Notes under the pieces: model-generated | What the model was told of the DNA's origin: nothing | What the model saw: the letters and a program-made list of their open reading frames with translations, nothing else | Database searches by the model: none | Position numbers and translations under genes: made by a program | Part shown: in pieces, positions 1 through 9,943 of the stretch | Position numbering within the stretch: the stretch's first letter is position 1 | Layout of the letters: each line of letters opens with the position of its first letter | Assembly (NCBI GenBank): GCA_036510525.1 | Contig: DATCDU010000011.1 | Coordinates: 2,241-66,240, forward strand | Direction of reading: 5' to 3' | Length of the DNA stretch: 64,000 nucleotides | Origin: Minisyncoccota bacterium | GTDB lineage: Bacteria; Patescibacteriota; Minisyncoccia; UBA6257; 2-01-FULL-56-20

Positions 1-559
1 CCTCGGGATAATCGGGGTCTATGGGATTTTGGCCGTACTGCGCTTTGAATTTACTTGATTCAAAGATGCTCGTCACTTCATATTGGCTGATGCCATCGGT
101 GTTGTACGTATAATAGAGTCCGGTAGAAGAAGTGTTTGTGGGATCAACGGGGAGCGAGTTTATGGGGGAGCCGGTTGTCATTCCCGAGAACTTGATCGGG
201 ATCCATCCTGTCCCATTCACATTTTTGTAGTCCTGGGGGGAGGAACATTGATAGGTGTATCCGGAGGGAAGCGTGGGAAGGCCAAGAGAAGAACAGGTGG
301 AGGTCGTGGCTCCCGATATGGTGGAATCGGGGAGGGAAACATACACCACCGAGGCCGTGCCCATCACGGAGTTCACTCCTTGGTCGCTTTCATAGAGAAA
401 GAGTGCGTGGGCGACGGTGTCCATATCGGAGACGCGGGTTGAATCTCTTGATTGGCGAAAATACTCCACGGGATTCAAGGTCAGGACGACCACGATCGCC
501 AAGATCGCAATGATGGCGATGACGATGAGGAGTTCGATGAGAGTGAATCCTTTTCTCAT
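1..559 (-). CDS. type IV pilin-like protein with N-terminal methylation motif (runs off the window edge)
   Basis: Not in the ORF track; manual translation from ATG 559 gives MRKGFTLIELLIVIAIIAILAIVVVLTLNP, the prepilin G|FTLIE motif, open to position 1. Confidence 0.9.
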   Translation of the reverse strand, partial: MRKGFTLIELLIVIAIIAILAIVVVLTLNPVEYFRQSRDSTRVSDMDTVAHALFLYESDQGVNSVMGTASVVYVSLPDSTISGATTSTCSSLGLPTLPSGYTYQCSSPQDYKNVNGTGWIPIKFSGMTTGSPINSLPVDPTNTSSTGLYYTYNTDGISQYEVTSIFESSKFKAQYGQNPIDPDYPE

Positions 560-572
560 GTGTTCAATAACG

Positions 573-1676
573 TTATCCTTGTTCCTTCCCTAACTTTCTC
601 AAAATATCTTCGAGTTCCTCTTCCGAGAAAAAAGTAATGGTGATCTTGCCGTTGTTCGCGTTCTTGCTGATCTCGACGGGAGCGCCGAGCGATGAACTGA
701 GCTCGTCCTGCAGCGCCTTTACCTCCGGCGCAAGACGTACCTCCTGCAGAGGTGGCCGCCCGCGGCGGTGTGCCGCGACACCGCCGGACGCGATCGCGAC
801 GTGCTGGACGCGCTCTTTGACATCGCGCGTGGTCAATTTGTTCTGGATGATGTCCTCAAGCAATTTCTTCTGCTCCGCCGGATCTTCAACGCCGATCAAT
901 ATGCGCGCGTTGCTTTCCGAAACTTGACCCTCCTCCACCGCGCGCTGGACATACTCCGGCAGATCAAGTAGCCGCACGCTGTTCGCCACCACCTCGCGGC
1001 TCTTGCCGAGCTTCGCCGCGATCTCGCGCTGGGTCATCCGGAACTCCTCCTGCAGGCGCTGGAACGCGCGCGCCATTTCAATGGGATTCAGGTTCTCTCT
1101 TTGAATATTTTCGATGACGCCGAGCTCAAGCTTCTCGCGTTCAAGATGGATGTTACGAATGATCGCGGGCACGCGCGGAAGTCCGAGCAATTTCGCCGCC
1201 ATAAACCGCCGCTCGCCGGCGATGATCTGATATTCCACCGCAATGCCGGTCGGCGTCTCCTTTTCCATCTTTGATACCACGAGCGGTTGCAGGAAGCCGA
1301 ACTCGCGGATGGAACTCGCGAGTTCGCGCAATCCATCCTCGTCAAAATGCCGGCGCGGCTGGTCCGGATTCGGTGTGATCTTCTCTATCTCGATATGATA
1401 GATCGATTCCTGCGCGAGCTCGTCGCGCTTTTGGGATTGGGGCTGTGTGACCGGTTGCGGCTTTTGTTCCGATGGTTGCGTCTGCACGGGTTGCACTACC
1501 GGCTGGACCGGTTGCGATGATGATGGTGACGCCGATTGTGCCGATGGCACGAAACTCGGATGCGGCTGTGGCTGCGATTGTGTTTGTGGTTGCGGCTGCT
1601 GCGGTCTATCACCATCGGCGCTTTGGCCCTGATTATTATTTTTCGGTATCAGCGATTCGAGTCCTTTGCCAAGCAT
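573..1676 (-). CDS. parB: ParB/Spo0J partition protein
   Basis: LGKGLESLIP N-terminus, PNPDQPRRHF, IIAGERR and ENIQRENL motifs; next to parA. Confidence 0.97.
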   Translation of the reverse strand: MLGKGLESLIPKNNNQGQSADGDRPQQPQPQTQSQPQPHPSFVPSAQSASPSSSQPVQPVVQPVQTQPSEQKPQPVTQPQSQKRDELAQESIYHIEIEKITPNPDQPRRHFDEDGLRELASSIREFGFLQPLVVSKMEKETPTGIAVEYQIIAGERRFMAAKLLGLPRVPAIIRNIHLEREKLELGVIENIQRENLNPIEMARAFQRLQEEFRMTQREIAAKLGKSREVVANSVRLLDLPEYVQRAVEEGQVSESNARILIGVEDPAEQKKLLEDIIQNKLTTRDVKERVQHVAIASGGVAAHRRGRPPLQEVRLAPEVKALQDELSSSLGAPVEISKNANNGKITITFFSEEELEDILRKLGKEQG

Positions 1677-1691
1677 GATATTTTTTAAACC

Positions 1692-2516
1692 CTAAAGATT
1701 AAAATTTCCGAAATTTTCGCTTGACACCGTAGGCGCGACGGCCTCGGCGAGTGCGACCTCCTGCGCGATCACTTCGCGCGCGAGCCGTTCGTATGCCTGT
1801 GCCCCCGGTGAATCGGGGCGGTAGAGAATGATCGGCTTGGAAAAACTCGGCGCCTCGGCGAGCGCAACGGCGCGCGGTACCTCCACTTCGAACACGTGAT
1901 GCGGGAAGTGGCGCCGGATGTTCTTGGAGACCTCGCGGCTTAAGTGTTCGCGCTTGTCGTACATCGTGATCACCGCACCGGAGATCTTCACCGGATGCGC
2001 GAGGTTGTCGCGGATCAGGTTGACCGTCTCAAGCAACTGGCCGATCCCTTCGAGCGAGTAATATTCCGTCTGCACCGGGATCAGCACCTCGTCCGCAGCC
2101 ACCATACCGTTCACGGTGAGCAAGCTGAGCGATGGCGGCAGATCGATCAGAATGTAATCATAGCTGTGCCGGACACGATTGACGAACTTGCGCAAAAAAT
2201 ATTCCCGTTCCGGAACGTTCACGAGTTCCACAAGCGCGCCCGCAAGGTGCGGCGCCGACGGCACGTAGTGATAATTATAGATGACACTCGGCTTGATGAT
2301 CTGTTCCGGCGTGAGCTGGTCGAGGATGCCGTGATATATGCTTCCCTCCCCCGCCATCTGATTGTGTCCGAGCGCCGAGCTCGCGTTCGCCTGCGGATCA
2401 AAGTCGATCAGCAGCACGCGCTTGCCCGCGGCGGCAAGGTAGGCGCCCAAATTCACCGCGGTCGTCGTCTTCCCGACGCCGCCCTTCTGGTTGCAGATCG
2501 CAATAACACGGGCCAT
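1692..2516 (-). CDS. parA: ParA/Soj ATPase
   Basis: NQKGGVGKTT deviant Walker A, DFDPQANAS, DLPPSL. Confidence 0.97.
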   Translation of the reverse strand: MARVIAICNQKGGVGKTTTAVNLGAYLAAAGKRVLLIDFDPQANASSALGHNQMAGEGSIYHGILDQLTPEQIIKPSVIYNYHYVPSAPHLAGALVELVNVPEREYFLRKFVNRVRHSYDYILIDLPPSLSLLTVNGMVAADEVLIPVQTEYYSLEGIGQLLETVNLIRDNLAHPVKISGAVITMYDKREHLSREVSKNIRRHFPHHVFEVEVPRAVALAEAPSFSKPIILYRPDSPGAQAYERLAREVIAQEVALAEAVAPTVSSENFGNFNL

Positions 2517-2586
2517 ATTACCTTGATTTTACCTTTATAAATGGCTAATATCAATTGTGCCGCGACGTGCGGCACTTAGATTATAT

Positions 2587-2669
2587 GCCCGGGTGGCGGA
2601 ATGGCAGACGCAATGGACTCAAAATCCATCGATCGCAAGGTCATGAGGGTTCGACTCCCTCCTCGGGCA
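2587..2669 (+). tRNA. tRNA-Leu(CAA)
   Basis: GCCCGGG/CTCGGGC acceptor stem, anticodon loop CT-CAA-AA, long variable arm, GGTTCGACTC T arm. Confidence 0.95.
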
Positions 2670-2697
2670 CATTTAAAAAAACCGCAATGCGGTTTTT

Positions 2698-3651
2698 TTA
2701 TATCTCCATCCTCCACGCGGCCCACTTTCCACCGTCGGTTCCTTTTTGCGCCGCCTCGTATTTCTCTGAGATCATCTTTGTGATCGGGCCGGGCACGGGT
2801 GTGCCACTTGGACCGCCCACCGCGCGTTTGTCCACGGAGAGGATCGGCGTGATGCGGGCGGAGCTGCCGGAGATGAACGCTTCATCGGCGATGTAGAGCT
2901 CCGTCCTATCCACCGCGCGCTCTTCCACCGGTATTCCGGCGTCGCGGGCGATCGCGATCACGCTTGCGCGCGTGATGCCTTCCAGAATATCCGTACTCAC
3001 GCCGGGCGTGATCAGCACACCGTTGCGCACGATGAATAGATTCGCGACCGTCGCTTCCGTAACGCGTCCCTGCGCATCGAGCACGATCGCGTCATCGTAG
3101 CCGTTCAGAAGCGCCTCGTTCTTGATGAGCGCGTTGTTCGCGTAACCGCCATTCACTTTGGCGCGTGACGGGATCACATTGTCGATGCCGTGCGTCCAGC
3201 TTGAGACGCAGACGTTGATGCCCGCGCGTGGCAGGATCTGCCCCATCGGGTAGACGTATGCAGAGAGTGCGTGCGGGAGGTCGTGGATCTTCGTGCCCGC
3301 GATGAGCGCATCCACGAAGACCGTCGCCCGCACGAGCACGTCCTCGCCCTCTATATTATTGCGCGCGATGAGCTCGCGCATCGTCGCCTCGAACTTCTCG
3401 TACGGCCACACCGCGGTGAATTTGTTGAAATCCATGATCGCCGACGAATTCACGAGCCGTTGATAATGATCTTTTAACCTGAACGCGTGGCGTTTTTTCT
3501 CCACCTCATTCCAATTGACACTGAACACTGTGTAGATGGAGAGCCCGTAGAGCACGGGCGAGCTTGCGATGCTAACATTCGCTTCTTTGAAGGGCACGAA
3601 CGAATCGCGGAAGAAGGCCTGACCATCCAAATAATTAAAAAGTGAAGCCAT
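2698..3651 (-). CDS. ilvE: branched-chain amino acid aminotransferase (PLP class IV)
   Basis: RAKVNGGY catalytic Lys, EATVANLFIV, ILEGITR, ADEAFISGS motifs. Confidence 0.88.
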   Translation of the reverse strand: MASLFNYLDGQAFFRDSFVPFKEANVSIASSPVLYGLSIYTVFSVNWNEVEKKRHAFRLKDHYQRLVNSSAIMDFNKFTAVWPYEKFEATMRELIARNNIEGEDVLVRATVFVDALIAGTKIHDLPHALSAYVYPMGQILPRAGINVCVSSWTHGIDNVIPSRAKVNGGYANNALIKNEALLNGYDDAIVLDAQGRVTEATVANLFIVRNGVLITPGVSTDILEGITRASVIAIARDAGIPVEERAVDRTELYIADEAFISGSSARITPILSVDKRAVGGPSGTPVPGPITKMISEKYEAAQKGTDGGKWAAWRMEI

Positions 3652-3715
3652 GATAGTAGTTCCATTATATACCCGGACATGCTAATATTGAATCCGCGAA
3701 AGAAAAGAGGGAGAT

Positions 3716-3811
3716 GTGAAAGAGTGGTTTACCCTAAGAAATTGCCTCGTTGGCGGATGGATACTGATGTTCGTCGTTCTCATGATCATCGCCTCTGTTC
3801 GCCACCATTAG
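3716..3811 (+). CDS. putative 31-aa single-pass membrane microprotein
   Basis: GTG start after AGAGGGAG; MKEWFTLRNCLVGGWILMFVVLMIIASVRHH; TGcTAATAT upstream and hairpin plus T tract downstream. Confidence 0.5.
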   Translation: MKEWFTLRNCLVGGWILMFVVLMIIASVRHH

Positions 3812-3860
3812 CACCTCAGCCCAGAAGCGTATCCCTTACCGGCATGCGCTTTTTCTTTTG

Positions 3861-3943
3861 TACCCAGGGTGGGACTCGAACCCACAAGACCTTACGGTCA
3901 TGACATTTTAAGTGTCACGCGTATACCATTCCGCCACCTGGGC
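3861..3943 (-). tRNA. tRNA-Leu(TAA)
   Basis: Reverse complement folds as a cloverleaf, loop CT-TAA-AA, long variable arm. Confidence 0.95.
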
Positions 3944-3966
3944 AATTTATTTTTCTCTCATGTATG

Positions 3967-4038
3967 AGGCCACGGCGGGAATTGCACCCGCGCATCGCCC
4001 TTTTGCAGAGGGCTGTGTTACTGCTTCACCACGTGGCC
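3967..4038 (-). tRNA. tRNA-Cys(GCA)
   Basis: GGCCACG/CGTGGCC stem, U73, loop CT-GCA-AA; T loop reads TGCAATT instead of TTC. Confidence 0.92.
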
Positions 4039-4043
4039 AGTCC

Positions 4044-4373
4044 TTACATCTTATCCTGCTCCAGCAATTTTTCAACCACTGCCGCGTTCTCCAGCCCGTG
4101 GTCGATCACAAACACGATCCGCGGCATCGGCTTGATGTTTATTTTTTTGAGCAGGAGGTGCTGGAGATATCCCGCTCGCGCGGTCAGCTCCGCAAGCACC
4201 ACTTTCTCGCCCGACGCCGGAAGGACACTCACCTTTACCCGCGCGCCCTCCAGTTTTTTATCAACCTCAACCTCAGTGATCGTCGCAAGCGCGGGAAGCT
4301 CCACTTCGCGAAGGATCATCTTTGAAAGTTCCTCGCGTATCAGCTTCCCCACCCGCTCGGAGCGGAAATTCAT
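4044..4373 (-). CDS. rbfA: ribosome-binding factor A
   Basis: RSERVGKLIREELS and PRIVFVID motifs; follows infB. Confidence 0.92.
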   Translation of the reverse strand: MNFRSERVGKLIREELSKMILREVELPALATITEVEVDKKLEGARVKVSVLPASGEKVVLAELTARAGYLQHLLLKKINIKPMPRIVFVIDHGLENAAVVEKLLEQDKM

Positions 4374-5857
4374 TATTTTCTGATCAATAATTTATCACCC
4401 ACTTGTACGATCGTCTGTGAATCGAGCAATACGCCGATCTCCTTTCCTTTATCTGCCTGGAATATCTCGCTCTTCTTTTCACGTAATCCCAAAATCTTTC
4501 CGTTGCCGATCGGCGCCGAGCCGACGTGGCCACGCACGATGTCGAATGATGTCTTCCCGTGGAACGTGCCGCTCGTCACGCGACCGCCTACCAACTGCTT
4601 TTGCGGTTTCTCCTGATTGAAGAGCGCGAGCACCTCGAGTTCGCCCGCTCCGGCCGGTCCGCGCGCGCCGCTGAAATATTCCTCCACCGCCGCCGAAAGA
4701 TCATACACGATCTCGGAAGTGATCACCGTCACCGTCTGCGCGTCAGCGAGCACCTTCGCGCCCTTCTCCACGCGGTTCTTGAAACCGATGATCGTGGCCT
4801 TCGTGGCGATCGCATGACGGATGTCGCCGTCCGTGATGTCGCCCACTCCCTCCTCTACTATATTTATCTCCTTGCCGCCCTTCTGATCGATGCCGCGCAA
4901 GACGACCGAGAGCGCCTCGAGCGATCCGGCGTCGCCGGCTTTCAAGATCAGGTTGAGCGTATTCGGTTTTGACTTGGAAATCTGATTCACTGCCGCGACT
5001 ACCGGGCCGCGCGCAGTTGCGGATGCCTCTTCTTTCAGTTCACCCACCGCAAATTCCTCGCCCACCTTCGGGATCTTTTCAAAACCGATGATGATGGCTG
5101 GCGCCGATGGCGTGAGCTCCGAAACCGTTTTGCCCAGGAAATCTTCCAGGATCTTCACCTTGCCGGAAGCGGTGTGGGTGCGTACCGCGTCGCCGCGGGA
5201 AAGCGTCCCATTTTTTACGATGACCGTCGCCTCGATGCCGCGCTTCGGGTCACGCTTGGCTTCCAGAACAAAGCCGGACGCCGGTACGGAAGCATCGTAC
5301 GTCAACTCCTCCACATCGGCGGCCAGCAAAATGAGGTCGAGCAGATCGTCGATCCCTTCGCCGGTCTTTGCCGAAACCGCGTGATAGCTCACCTGGCCAC
5401 CATAGCCCTCGAGCATCACGCCCGCGGCCATCAGGTCGTTGCGCGCCTTGTCCAAATTGCCGCCAGTCTTGTCCACTTTGTTGATCGCCACGATGAATGG
5501 GGTCTTGGCGTCCTCTATTATTTTGATCGCCTCCTTCGTTTGCGGCTTCACGCCTTCGTCCGCCGCGACGACGAGGATCGCAAGGTCAGCCACCTGCGCG
5601 CCGCGTGAGCGCATGGCAGTAAACGCCTCGTGTCCAGGCGTGTCGATGAAAGTAATTTTCCGATCCGCGTGTACTATTTCATACGCGGCAGTGGCCTGCG
5701 TGATGCCGCCCGCCTCGCGCGCGGCGATGTTCGCTTTGCGGATGTAGTCGAGCAGTGTCGTCTTACCATGATCGACATGGCCCATCACAACGACGATCGG
5801 CGGACGCTGCTGAAGGCCGGTCTTTATAGAAATGTTTTTGAGGGTTTCTTTCGGCAT
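4373..5857 (-). CDS. infB: translation initiation factor IF-2 (short form)
   Basis: [32 protein letters not shown]. Confidence 0.97.
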   Translation of the reverse strand: MPKETLKNISIKTGLQQRPPIVVVMGHVDHGKTTLLDYIRKANIAAREAGGITQATAAYEIVHADRKITFIDTPGHEAFTAMRSRGAQVADLAILVVAADEGVKPQTKEAIKIIEDAKTPFIVAINKVDKTGGNLDKARNDLMAAGVMLEGYGGQVSYHAVSAKTGEGIDDLLDLILLAADVEELTYDASVPASGFVLEAKRDPKRGIEATVIVKNGTLSRGDAVRTHTASGKVKILEDFLGKTVSELTPSAPAIIIGFEKIPKVGEEFAVGELKEEASATARGPVVAAVNQISKSKPNTLNLILKAGDAGSLEALSVVLRGIDQKGGKEINIVEEGVGDITDGDIRHAIATKATIIGFKNRVEKGAKVLADAQTVTVITSEIVYDLSAAVEEYFSGARGPAGAGELEVLALFNQEKPQKQLVGGRVTSGTFHGKTSFDIVRGHVGSAPIGNGKILGLREKKSEIFQADKGKEIGVLLDSQTIVQVGDKLLIRK

Positions 5858-5976
5858 GGCATAAATAGATTAAAACTTTCTAAACTCCAACAAATTATAG
5901 CAAAAATCGGCCGCTAACACAAGCCAACGCATGACCATAACGCCAATGGAGATATTAAAATTTGATTAAAAGATAT

Positions 5977-6004
5977 TTGACCTAGAGCGATATTCTGTTA
6001 AGAT
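5977..6004 (+). promoter_or_regulatory. sigma70-type promoter pointing at the 3' end of the PemK/MazF gene
   Basis: TTGACC-16 nt-TAAGAT with extended TGn; no convincing CDS downstream on +. Confidence 0.55.
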
Positions 6005-6062
6005 AGAGACATCTTTGGGATTTCCCACCCGCCCCGCCCCGCAAAGGCGGGGTAGCTATTTT

Positions 6063-6491
6063 TTAGAAGCTATAAAAATCCAAAAATGCTCTGCGTACTC
6101 GCGTGAGCACATCATCGCTTATCGTCCCTATCCTCTTTACCAGTCGCCTTCTATCCATGGATTTTATCTGATTAAGAATAAGGCGCCCCTCCTTGTCCCC
6201 ATAGGAAATCAAAATATACCAACTGCCCTCCCTTGGCCGACTGGTCATGGGAACGGCAAGAAACATATCTTCGTTAAATTTTTTAAAGATCAAAACCGGC
6301 CTTATGAAATTATCTCCCTTTCCATAAATCTCTCTTCCGACATTCATCCCTATTTCGCACCACCATATCTCGCCCTCTTTAAAGACTACATTGGATTCCT
6401 TATCCAATAAGACAAGTTTTAACGTGCACCATTCAAGAAGCATTACGACCTGATCAAGAAAAATCATGGCGTTAGTGTAATCGCCCAACAT
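6063..6491 (-). CDS. PemK/MazF-family toxin-like endoribonuclease
   Basis: GEIWWCEIGMNVGREIYGKG, RPVLIFKK, AVPMTS, NQIKSMDRRRL motifs; low GC. Confidence 0.88.
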   Translation of the reverse strand: MLGDYTNAMIFLDQVVMLLEWCTLKLVLLDKESNVVFKEGEIWWCEIGMNVGREIYGKGDNFIRPVLIFKKFNEDMFLAVPMTSRPREGSWYILISYGDKEGRLILNQIKSMDRRRLVKRIGTISDDVLTRVRRAFLDFYSF

Positions 6492-6577
6492 TAAAAACCT
6501 ATTAAGAAATCAGTGCCAACGATGTCAAACCGGCACTTGAGAAAACCCGTGGAATAATCTACACTCAACCAGTACGT

Positions 6578-6664
6578 GGAGGCGTGCCAGAGCGGCCGAA
6601 TGGAGCTTCCTGCTAAGAAGTTGACCGGGAAACCGGTCCGAAGGTTCGAATCCTTCCGCCTCCG
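6578..6664 (+). tRNA. tRNA-Ser(GCT)
   Basis: GGAGGCG/CGCCTCC stem, G73, loop CT-GCT-AA, long variable arm. Confidence 0.95.
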
Positions 6665-6681
6665 CAACGTTTTTTAATCTC

Positions 6682-7314
6682 ATGAGTGACAAGCCAGCAT
6701 TCGACAAAATTTATGAAAAGCCGGATACGGCCGTTTGGACAACGGACGAGCCACCCCGCATGCTCCGTGTGGCGATAGAAGGCCAAAAGATTTCTCCCTC
6801 TAAGGTATTGGATGTCGCATGCGGCGAGGGAGCCTTCTCGGTATATCTCGCGAAACATGGATTCCAGGTAACGGGCATCGACTTTTCCGAAAACGCCATC
6901 GAGTATGCAAAAGCACGGGCGGATAAGGAGAAATTGGATATCCGTTTTTTGGTCATAGATGCGACGAAGCTGGACGATCTCCATGAAACGTTCGATTTCG
7001 TCTTCGAGTGGGCCCTTATCCATCACCTCGAAGAATCGATGGTCAAGCCTTATATCGACAGCGTCGCGCGCAAACTAAATCCCGGCGGATGGTATATGAC
7101 GAATTCTTTCAATATCGAGAGCCCACTCTATGGCACGCCCGGCGTGCGCGTACGGAAAACGTTTCTCGGAACGGAGCTTCATTATCATAGCCAAGATGAG
7201 ATGCGAGACCTCTTCTCCCCATATTTTGAGATCGTGGAATCGGCGATTGAACCGATCGTCGGCAAAGGAGACGTGTTTCAGATCGGTAACTTTTTCCTTA
7301 TGAGGAGAAAATAA
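6682..7314 (+). CDS. class I SAM-dependent methyltransferase
   Basis: VLDVACGEG, GIDFS, FDFVF motifs. Confidence 0.88.
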   Translation: MSDKPAFDKIYEKPDTAVWTTDEPPRMLRVAIEGQKISPSKVLDVACGEGAFSVYLAKHGFQVTGIDFSENAIEYAKARADKEKLDIRFLVIDATKLDDLHETFDFVFEWALIHHLEESMVKPYIDSVARKLNPGGWYMTNSFNIESPLYGTPGVRVRKTFLGTELHYHSQDEMRDLFSPYFEIVESAIEPIVGKGDVFQIGNFFLMRRK

Positions 7315-7320
7315 AGCGAC

Positions 7321-7626
7321 TTAATTTTTTCGGGCTCTTTTGCCGAGCACGAACTTTTGAGAAGAGCTCATTGACTTATCCATGCGGTGGGTGCAACCCA
7401 CCCAGCAACATGGCCGGCGCATCCCTTCCTTAAGTTCCGAGACGACCCTCTTCACATGGTCTTTCCTCGTCTCCGCTTGTTTAACGGAGATGGTCCAGCA
7501 GATCCACTCATTGCGCGCGAGTGGCGTGATGTCCTCCCACTTTGAGAGCGCCGCCTTGTCCGATATAAGCGCTTTTTTCAGATCCGCGGGCAGTGGATGC
7601 GCCGTACCCGAAGAAATTCTTTTCAT
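7321..7626 (-). CDS. YdeI/OmpD-associated family protein
   Basis: LPADLKKAL, TPLARNEWICW, RRPCCW. Confidence 0.8.
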   Translation of the reverse strand: MKRISSGTAHPLPADLKKALISDKAALSKWEDITPLARNEWICWTISVKQAETRKDHVKRVVSELKEGMRRPCCWVGCTHRMDKSMSSSQKFVLGKRARKN

Positions 7627-7627
7627 G

Positions 7628-8107
7628 TTATGCCAAGAATTTTTTCAACTTCGCAAACTGCTGAGTGAAGCCGCCCTGCATACCCTCGACGGCCATCTTC
7701 GCCCCGGGCCCCGTCTTGTGGATGGTTGCTTTCAAGTTCAATTTTGTTTTCCCGTTCTCTTCGGTCAACGTCATTTCCGTTGTTTGATCGATGGTGGTTT
7801 CCCCGTTATCATTGTGCCCTTCGGTCCAAGCATGAACATCGTAAGAAAGTTTTGATTTTGGTTCAACGACGGTGAATTTCCCGAGCATCGGCCATCGCGT
7901 GCCTTTGTACGAGCCCATCGCTTCTCCGGCTTCCATCACTATGTATATCTTGCCGCCGACCCGGAGTTCAACTTCGCATTCCGGAATCGTGACATTGTCC
8001 GGACCCCACCATTGCTTGATCATCTTCGGATCGGTCCACGCTTGCCACACCTCCTCGAGCGGGGCATCATATGTTCTTTCAAATGTTACTTCTTTAATAG
8101 GTTCCAT
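7628..8107 (-). CDS. SRPBCC/AHSA1 domain protein
   Basis: ERTYDAPLEEVWQAWTDP...QWWGP. Confidence 0.88.
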   Translation of the reverse strand: MEPIKEVTFERTYDAPLEEVWQAWTDPKMIKQWWGPDNVTIPECEVELRVGGKIYIVMEAGEAMGSYKGTRWPMLGKFTVVEPKSKLSYDVHAWTEGHNDNGETTIDQTTEMTLTEENGKTKLNLKATIHKTGPGAKMAVEGMQGGFTQQFAKLKKFLA

Positions 8108-8429
8108 GTTTCATTTCATTTTTTAATTTTTTTGCTTGTAAAACTTTATCCAATCTGTCGAGCCGCCTGTCCCACAATGCCGTCTTCTGCTTTGCCCACT
8201 GTTCCAACTCCTTCATGGCGGGCGGATTAATGGTATAGATCCTCTGGCGCGACCTTTTCTCCATTCGCACCAGTTTCGCCTCGCGGAGCACCTTAAGGTG
8301 TTGGGATATCGCCGGAGGGCTGGAGTGGAATTTGCCGGAGATGTCCGTGGCGGACAATTCGCCGTTGCTTGCGAGCATCTCGATGATATTGCGCCGCGTT
8401 GGCTCTGCGATAGCGGTGAATATGTCCAT
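8094..8429 (-). CDS. ArsR/SmtB-family transcriptional regulator
   Basis: AIAEPTRRNII, AISQHLKVLREAKLV; typical ArsR-SRPBCC pair. Confidence 0.92.
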   Translation of the reverse strand: MDIFTAIAEPTRRNIIEMLASNGELSATDISGKFHSSPPAISQHLKVLREAKLVRMEKRSRQRIYTINPPAMKELEQWAKQKTALWDRRLDRLDKVLQAKKLKNEMKHGTY

Positions 8430-8579
8430 CCCTCTATACTACAACCACTGTTAATTAAGTCAACACTTAATTATTCACAGACACGGGCGAGCGGAAATTC
8501 GTGAGTGGCTTTGAAGGGCGCTTCATTATACATTTAATAGTGGTTCTTCAAAGTACGTAATGCCCTAGGGAGGTGCATT

Positions 8580-9300
8580 ATGATCCATCTTCATCATCTT
8601 GCCTGGTGGGCGTATATGCTCATTGGATTCCTGATCACACAGGACGCGTCGCTTCTCACCACCGTCTACCTCCATCGGGGGGTCAACGCATCGCTCGGTG
8701 AAGTTCAATCGTGTCCTTGAGTTCTTCATGCAGCTCAAGCTCTGGTTGACCACCGGGATCAAACGCAAAGAGTGGGTCGCAGTCCACCTTCGCCATCACG
8801 CGCACGCTGACGTGGAGGGCGATCCGCATAGTCCAGTTCTTCTCGGGCTGTGGCCAGTACAACTGTGGAATATTTTCCTGTACCGGGAGGCAGCACGCGA
8901 TCCTGAGACCATGAAGTATGCAAAGAATCTCGTGTTGACGTTTGCGGAGCGGACCATCTTTCGGCATACATTGATCGGTCCCTTGGTCGGGATGGTGGTG
9001 CTATGGCTGGTATTCGGCTTCTGGCCGATGCTCATCATCGTCGGAACACACGCGTTCCTCTACCTGTTCTTCCTGAACAATCTGATCAATGGCTGGTGCC
9101 ATTTCAGGGGATATAAAAATTTCCCAGTCGTGGCTTTCAACAGTCATTGGATAGCGTGGATCACGATGGGAGAAGGATTCCACAACAATCACCATCACAA
9201 ACCGGGGAGTCCTTCGCTCCGCTACAAATGGAACGAGATCGATCCAGGATGGATCTTCATCAAGCTTATGTGTTTCTGCAGGCTCGCAAAACTCTCCTAG
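8580..9300 (+). pseudogene. acyl-lipid/acyl-CoA desaturase, frameshifted at a G6 run (8677-8682)
   Basis: ATG 8580 after AGGGAGGT gives ...TTVYLHRG; removing one G joins to STHRSVKF and restores the first His box; HLRHH and HNNHH boxes follow. Confidence 0.8.
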
Positions 9301-9369
9301 TGGGAGTATCGCAGGCCCGTAGTCATCAATCGAGGCCTCGAACTCTCCGAGGCCTTATTTTTATCTTTG

Positions 9370-9927
9370 TTACCAAACAAAAGGGATCAGTGCCTTCGTC
9401 CTCTTTTTATATTCAGGATACTGATCGGGGAAAAGTTGCATCATGTAGCGCTCCTCCACCGGAATGCGATAGAGAAACATCACAGAAAAAACAATGAACA
9501 TGACGAACCATACAACGCCCGCCGCAAGTGCGGAACCGAAGAGCGCGAGGACCATGCCGGTATAGATCGGGTGACGGACATATTGATATGGTCCCGACGT
9601 CACAAGCTCGTGGTCTTTTTTCATGGAAGGCGTCCCGCTCCAGTTCCTGCCCAGATAGACGCGCGCCCAGATCGCGATCCCGAGTCCGAGGGCGCAAAGA
9701 ATGGTGCCCGTCACCTGTGCGCCAAAATCGAATTGGTATGCTACAAATTTCCAGGATGAACTTTCCTGCAGCAAAATGACGACGATGACGGCGGCCAAAA
9801 TACGAAAGCCGGCGAAGTGCGCCCAGCTGCCGCTTTTGACGTTCTCCTTGACCCCGATCGCGGAGACGAACCAATACACCACGAAAACGATCCAGAAGAG
9901 GGTGACGATGTTGTTGATGGTGAGCAT
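9370..9927 (-). CDS. isoprenylcysteine carboxyl methyltransferase/PEMT-family membrane protein
   Basis: HELVTSGPYQYVRHPIYTG and EERYM motifs. Confidence 0.88.
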   Translation of the reverse strand: MLTINNIVTLFWIVFVVYWFVSAIGVKENVKSGSWAHFAGFRILAAVIVVILLQESSSWKFVAYQFDFGAQVTGTILCALGLGIAIWARVYLGRNWSGTPSMKKDHELVTSGPYQYVRHPIYTGMVLALFGSALAAGVVWFVMFIVFSVMFLYRIPVEERYMMQLFPDQYPEYKKRTKALIPFVW

Positions 9928-9943
9928 ATAATCCATTATACGC

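Noticed and set aside
1440-1640. Possible tandem repeat or array in parB
   Set aside because: Only a Gln/Pro-rich low-complexity linker in coding sequence, with no fixed repeat unit
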